Shown piece after piece: positions 59,051 through 64,000 of a DNA stretch of 64,000 bases. Every line of letters begins with the position of its first letter. Position 1 is the first letter of the stretch. The position numbers and the translations under genes are program-made. The notes below the pieces were generated by a model. It saw only the letters and a list, made by a program, of their open reading frames with translations, searched no databases and was not told the DNA's origin. The stretch comes from Chara braunii (taxonomy: Eukaryota > Plantae > Charophyceae), in the NCBI GenBank assembly GCA_003427395.1, contig BFEA01000012.1:59479-123478 (forward strand), given 5' to 3'.

Positions 59051-62000
59051 TTGGGGATCGCTGCACAGCGGTGCAGGGGTTGATCGACAACCCCCACTGA
59101 CTCCCTAGGATCCCCTTGTGACAACCCTCTCCCGCTATCACAGCCTCCTACATTGAGTGTGGTCGTAGTTCGTTGTCCGAATCCTCCTCCAAGTTGTCCT
59201 GTTGTCCCCCTGGCATTGCGCGCCATGGCAGGCAGGGCCGATCCGTGTCCTCCAGCACTCGAGCTCTGAGAGCGTTCATTCTTCGATCCAAATGCTGCCA
59301 TGTGGAGCATTCATTGCCAGTCCCTAGGGTTTTCCCCTTGGCGCACCACATCCCTGTACGGCTTCCATACTCTTCTGGGGAAGGCCCATCCACTCCCTAC
59401 GTGCCGCCAGGCATCTGCAGCAATTGCAGTTCGAATATTTCCCAGTGCCATGGCTCTGAGGGACAAGGGCCAACCTTTGCGGCCCTCCAAGCTGCAGGCT
59501 ACCCTGAGCGCCCAGATAGCTGAGAGGAAGACGCCTCATATGACTTTCGTGGAGTAGGTGCCTTCCACCGTGGCAGCCACTCCTGCCAGAGCCCGCCCTA
59601 CCAGTACCACAGCCCTCTACTCATCACCGTTCCCAGCCCCCACCTCCCCTAGTCTTCCCCCTCCACAACTCCTAGAACTGCTGCTGGAGCAGGCAGTCCA
59701 TCCACAGGTGGGGTGGGGGGGTCTCAGCTTCCGCCCGACAGCGGGGGCATGTTGGCTCTGTCCGTGCTCACATTGCCGCCAGCCAGCTGTTCATGGCGAG
59801 GGCGAGCTGTAGATTTGTCCAGAGCAGAGCCGCGTGCTTCTGGTCCGGTAGAGCGTAGCATCCAACACGTGACCCTCCAGTGCTGCTCCGTCCACGATGA
59901 TGTGTTCCTGTCCCCAACCCAGCCCTTTGCCACCCACCGAGTGCGCATTTCCGTGGCCATGGGGACTAGCGGCAGCAGGGTGTGATAGACTACCTTTGTG
60001 GCTTACTTTTCCTCCGCAAGTTCTTTGCCCATCAGGCCCACATGGACGGGTCAACGGCCAGGTGCATGGGTCTCTTGTGGGAACAGAAGGGTCAGAAGTT
60101 TTTGCCTCCTGCTGAGTGGTCCTTCAGGACAGACCGAGCGCACCATATCCCCCTGCACCTGACCGTCTCTCTGTGGCCATCTCTCCAGCGGGCCTCCCAC
60201 AGCTGCTCCTCCTCCACCGTCCCAGCTCCACGCCGACACCTCATACCATCCCGGCTCCGCACTCCGCTCCATTCTAAATATTACCTCCGGGCTCTCGCCA
60301 TTGCTGAGTACCACCCACTCCCCTTCATACCGTCTAGGCTCTCGGAGTGCCACCAACCAGTTCTCCAGGATCGCATCCTTAATTTCTCTGTGGCATTCCC
60401 GTTTTCTAATCTGACTCCGGAGTTCCCTTAAAATTTCGTCCTCCTCCCTCCAGTCTCCCCTCCGCTGGTACCAGACATTTGCCACTCTCCATATCCCTGC
60501 TTGCAGCAATTGCTGATCTCCTGTTCGCCTGTTTGATCTCCTGTTTTTTTGGCTGCTAGAGCATTTGTTCGGTGCTCCTGGGGGCCGCTAGTTGGAGGGG
60601 GGGCGTTTTCTTCCATAGGTTCAGGGTCCGGGACCACAAATCCCCCTTCTTAATCCCTTCAATGAGCTGTGTGTGGACCAAGGCCATCTCTACCTCTGCC
60701 GGATCTATCCACGTGATTGCCGCCATCGCCTGGAGGGTTAGGATCTTCCACGGTTCCTCGTCCGCATCTAAGAACAGCCAAAAGATGGTACGGAGGTGTA
60801 ATGCCTGGACTCTGTAAATATTGTGCAGGGCGAGCAAGTCATTCTTCCAAATATACCTTCACAGCTCGCCACTGTACTTCCTCCATTCTCGGGATTCCGG
60901 CATGGACACCGCATCCGCGTACCAGAGGGTGGATGAGACATAGCCATTTGCCACGAGCACTCTTCCGAAGGACCCGATGTGAACTCCTGGCCCAGGTCGC
61001 CGTCCTGCGGAGGGCAAACTGCAGAAGGTTTTCCAGTTGCTCCCCGTCTGATAGTGCATTGGGGAGCTAAATTCCGGGGTAGGAACAGCTCCTCTTCCCC
61101 CCTGTCTGATAGTAAAGCTACCGGCTTGTGCCAGTTACATGCGCTCCCGCGTTGCGTTCGAATGTCCCGACCTGTTTCCTCAGGACCCCAACGCTCAAGC
61201 GGGTCAAGGCTGTGATAGCCCCCGTGTCGTCCGCAAAAGCGGAAACTTGAGATGAAGGCCACGCCAGAGCCTGAGACCAGTGAGCTGATGATATGCCCAC
61301 AGCATCTCATGCAACTGCTCGATCACATAGGACATATAGCGCGGGAGAAAGCGGGAAGCCCTGCCTCACTGAGCACGTGACATTCACTGGCGGGGATACG
61401 AAGCCATTCACCAGCAGTTTGGCTTCCACTGTTACCAGTAGTCAGCGGATGCAGTCCACCATCTGTGGCCCGACTCCCCTCTTCGCAGTCCTTCCAAGAG
61501 GAAAGGCCATGACACCTGGTCATAGGCCTTATTGAAGTCCAGGAGCATCATCCGCAGGGGGGGGTCCATCTGCGGACCCTGTTCCAGCACCTGCCTTGCC
61601 ATGATGACATTAATTAGTATTCTCCTTCCGGAAACAAAGCCTGTCTGTGTCTGGTACGTCAGCAAGGGCAAATCAGCGGTCATCCTATTGGCCGGCCAGA
61701 ATGCCAACTTCAGCCAGAAAAATACACCCATGGACAAGGAGAATTGCAGTATTGTGTTGATGGAACACAGCTGCTCCAGTTGGTCGATAAGGTTACTGCC
61801 ATCGACTTTTTCTGAGCATCTTTCCTGGTTCCTTCACTGTTGTTTTTTGCAGAAGCAGGGAGGGTCTGTGTGTGAGGTCTCAGCCACTCTCTTTTTCAGA
61901 GCATCTTCGATCATTCCTTGTCTGCTGTGTTTTGCACAAGCATGAAAAGGTTGCAGGTGAGTCAAAGCACCCCGACTTTATCTTGACCTCAAAAGTAAAC

Positions 62001-62444
62001 TCGCATTAACCTCATATTGACCTGATGTTAGCTCACAGTAACCTTGCACTCACTGGACACTGAACTCACACCAACTTCACAATGACTGCACGCTGATCTC
62101 ACATGGAGTTGCGTCCCTTGTCACACTACAACACAACTGACACCTCCATGCAATCACCCAGCCCAAGCATACACCTTGCAATGTTTCGTGTTCTCATGTT
62201 GTTGCTCTGTAATAAGTTTGCACAAACACCAGGCATTGGATGGATGATAGCTTGAACTCCAAATCTGTAATCATGAAAGAAGTGCATGTTTACATACTCT
62301 TTAAGTATCGAACCCTGCACACGATGCTTCTGCAGCAGCCCCCCCTCCATGTACAACTTGCAGCCCCAACGTGGTGACTGTCACGCTTCTCATCTCACAC
62401 GACAACGCATCTGACAGCTCACATGCAGTGACCCTGCCCTGATG

Positions 62445-62628
62445 TACAGCTTGCAATGTAACTTATCATACAATAAATATTTCCGTGAACATCAGCATAT
62501 CACACATGATGATCTGGCAGCACGAAATAAAGGGATACGGCTTGCAATGTAACTTATCATACAATAAATATTTCCGTGAACATCAGCATAGCACACATGA
62601 TGATCTGGGAGCACGAAATAAAGGGATA
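62445..62628 (+). repeat. 91-bp tandem duplication
   Basis: tac.gcttgcaatgtaacttatcatac...cacgaaataaagggatac occurs twice. Confidence 0.92.
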
Positions 62629-63500
62629 CTTTTAGGGTGTGATCCATCAAACCATGCTTACACTGCTAGCAAGAAAGAAAAGTCGGTGTATGCCGCTCAT
62701 CAGGCACATCTTAAGCTCAGGTTCACAGTTTAAAGTCACTTACAAGTCTTTCACCTTCGTGAAATTGAGCATTGGAATTTGTCCAGTGAGATTGTTGTTG
62801 TTCAGCTTGCTGGTTGACAGTCAAAAAACAAGATGCAATCCATGATGTAAGCAGAGCCCCATGCTTCACAAGGAGAAACTTCGAAGCAAATGCAGAAACC
62901 AGAGCTTCAGATCTTTTTTCTTTTTTTTCCTGAAGTGACTAAACAGATCATGAGTTCAAAGGAAAACGAAAAACGACGCTTAGTCACACTTTCGCCCCCA
63001 ACCAGTCTATATGGCATGCTAGATCGTCAACAGCCAAACAGAGTGGGACTGGCAGCCGCACCCCCTAGAGGTTGTGTGCCTCGTTCCACCACTCACCAAA
63101 TTTGAAAATTGCAGACATTTTACTAAAAGATACACTTGCGAAATGACATGACGTATCTGGAAACATTCTGCTACAAGAGACACTAGCCAAATGACCTGAC
63201 TGATAAGACTGCCCCTCCCTCCCACCCACCCCCCTTCATCAAATCACATCCTCCCCACCACAGAGCAAAAAATACAAACTGCACATATGAAGTTACAAAC
63301 GCATGACGACCAAATGGGCCCATCTGAACCCCCACTGCAGCTGCCACTCTTTCCAGGGAACTGATTGCGACCCACTGTGAGGCTTTCCACTGGGTACCTA
63401 CCGTCTTCGCCCAAATAGAACATACAGTCATTAGGGGTGTATCTAGACTCAAAGTTGAACCAAATGGATCGACAATGACCATATGTTCTATTCGAGTGAA

Positions 63501-63550
63501 GACGGTAGTAGACGGTAGTAGACGGTAGTAGACGGTAGTAGACGGTAGTA
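63501..63550 (+). repeat. (GACGGTAGTA)5 minisatellite
   Basis: Five perfect 10-bp units. Confidence 0.95.
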
Positions 63551-63959
63551 CTACCATGCTGATTCCAGTGCAGGCCTTCGAAACAAAACAGTGCTGACTG
63601 GGCCAAGGGCCACCACTCAGTCCCAGTGACGACGGGACCACCATCTTCCCCCCATTGAACAGAACGTACGGTCATTTTAGATGTGTATTTGGGGCAACAT
63701 TCCGTGTAAATAGTGCGATAATAACTATGCGTTCCATTCAGGTGCAATGAACCACTTGGTTTCACACTCCAATCATATGCACAGTGAGAGAAGTCCAAGG
63801 ATGGGAGACCAGATTAGCACAGCTTAAAAACTTCAATGAATGATCATATTTTACAAATTTAGAGTTCGGGTCACACAGCGCTCGTTCAGCGCAATAGCCA
63901 GCAGCTTCAGTCAGGTATGTAACTTGGTTCATTCCTCATGTCTCTCTCTCTCTCTCTCC

Positions 63960-63992
<33 letters not shown>

Positions 63993-64000
63993 TGTGTGTG

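Larger units (their letters stand above)
52797..61700 (-). mobile_element. 5'-truncated L1-clade LINE on the minus strand, 3' UTR interrupted by another LINE and a G-rich insert
   Basis: RT motifs (QTGFV, LLDFNKAYD, FADD at ~61230) at 61000-61700; CPRC..E...H...C finger at ~59700-59760; poly(T) at 52797. Joining both parts into one element is inferred and no TSD was found. Confidence 0.72.

Noticed and set aside
58013-59310. Long Gly/Pro-rich ORFs
   Set aside because: They arise from stop-free GGGTCC repeats and homopolymer runs.

Overview
Eukaryotic, repeat-saturated window of a plant/streptophyte-alga type genome. The Gag and LINE peptides recall Chara braunii repeats, but that is from memory and unverified. 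No intact host gene is evident. The window is a stack of nested insertions that can be resolved from termini and target-site duplications (TSDs). (1) Three diverged copies of a giant element with no recognisable mobility gene and TGTC...GACA ends: X1 from 2981 (+, right end not found), X2 13795-31308 (-) and X3 19072-29019 (+). X2 and X3 have 4-bp TSDs. All three share a terminal palindrome, a U6-snRNA-like segment before a TATA box, an array of co-varying hairpins with an element-specific loop, and antisense copies of a codon-conserved peptide motif (RMNLPLEHGxIH). (2) An internally deleted chromovirus-type Ty3/gypsy element (8887-32298, TSD TCTAG) sits in X1; its 3' LTR is split by X2, which contains X3. 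(3) A second, decayed near-full-length chromovirus (40515-50600, TSD CTTT) has its RT interrupted by a 5'-inverted LINE. (4) Several L1-clade LINEs share a two-hairpin 3' motif. (5) Several U6 snRNA pseudogene copies are present. (6) A Nextera mate-pair junction adapter at 37618-37655 is an assembly artefact. All calls were made by eye; coordinates other than termini and TSDs are approximate.
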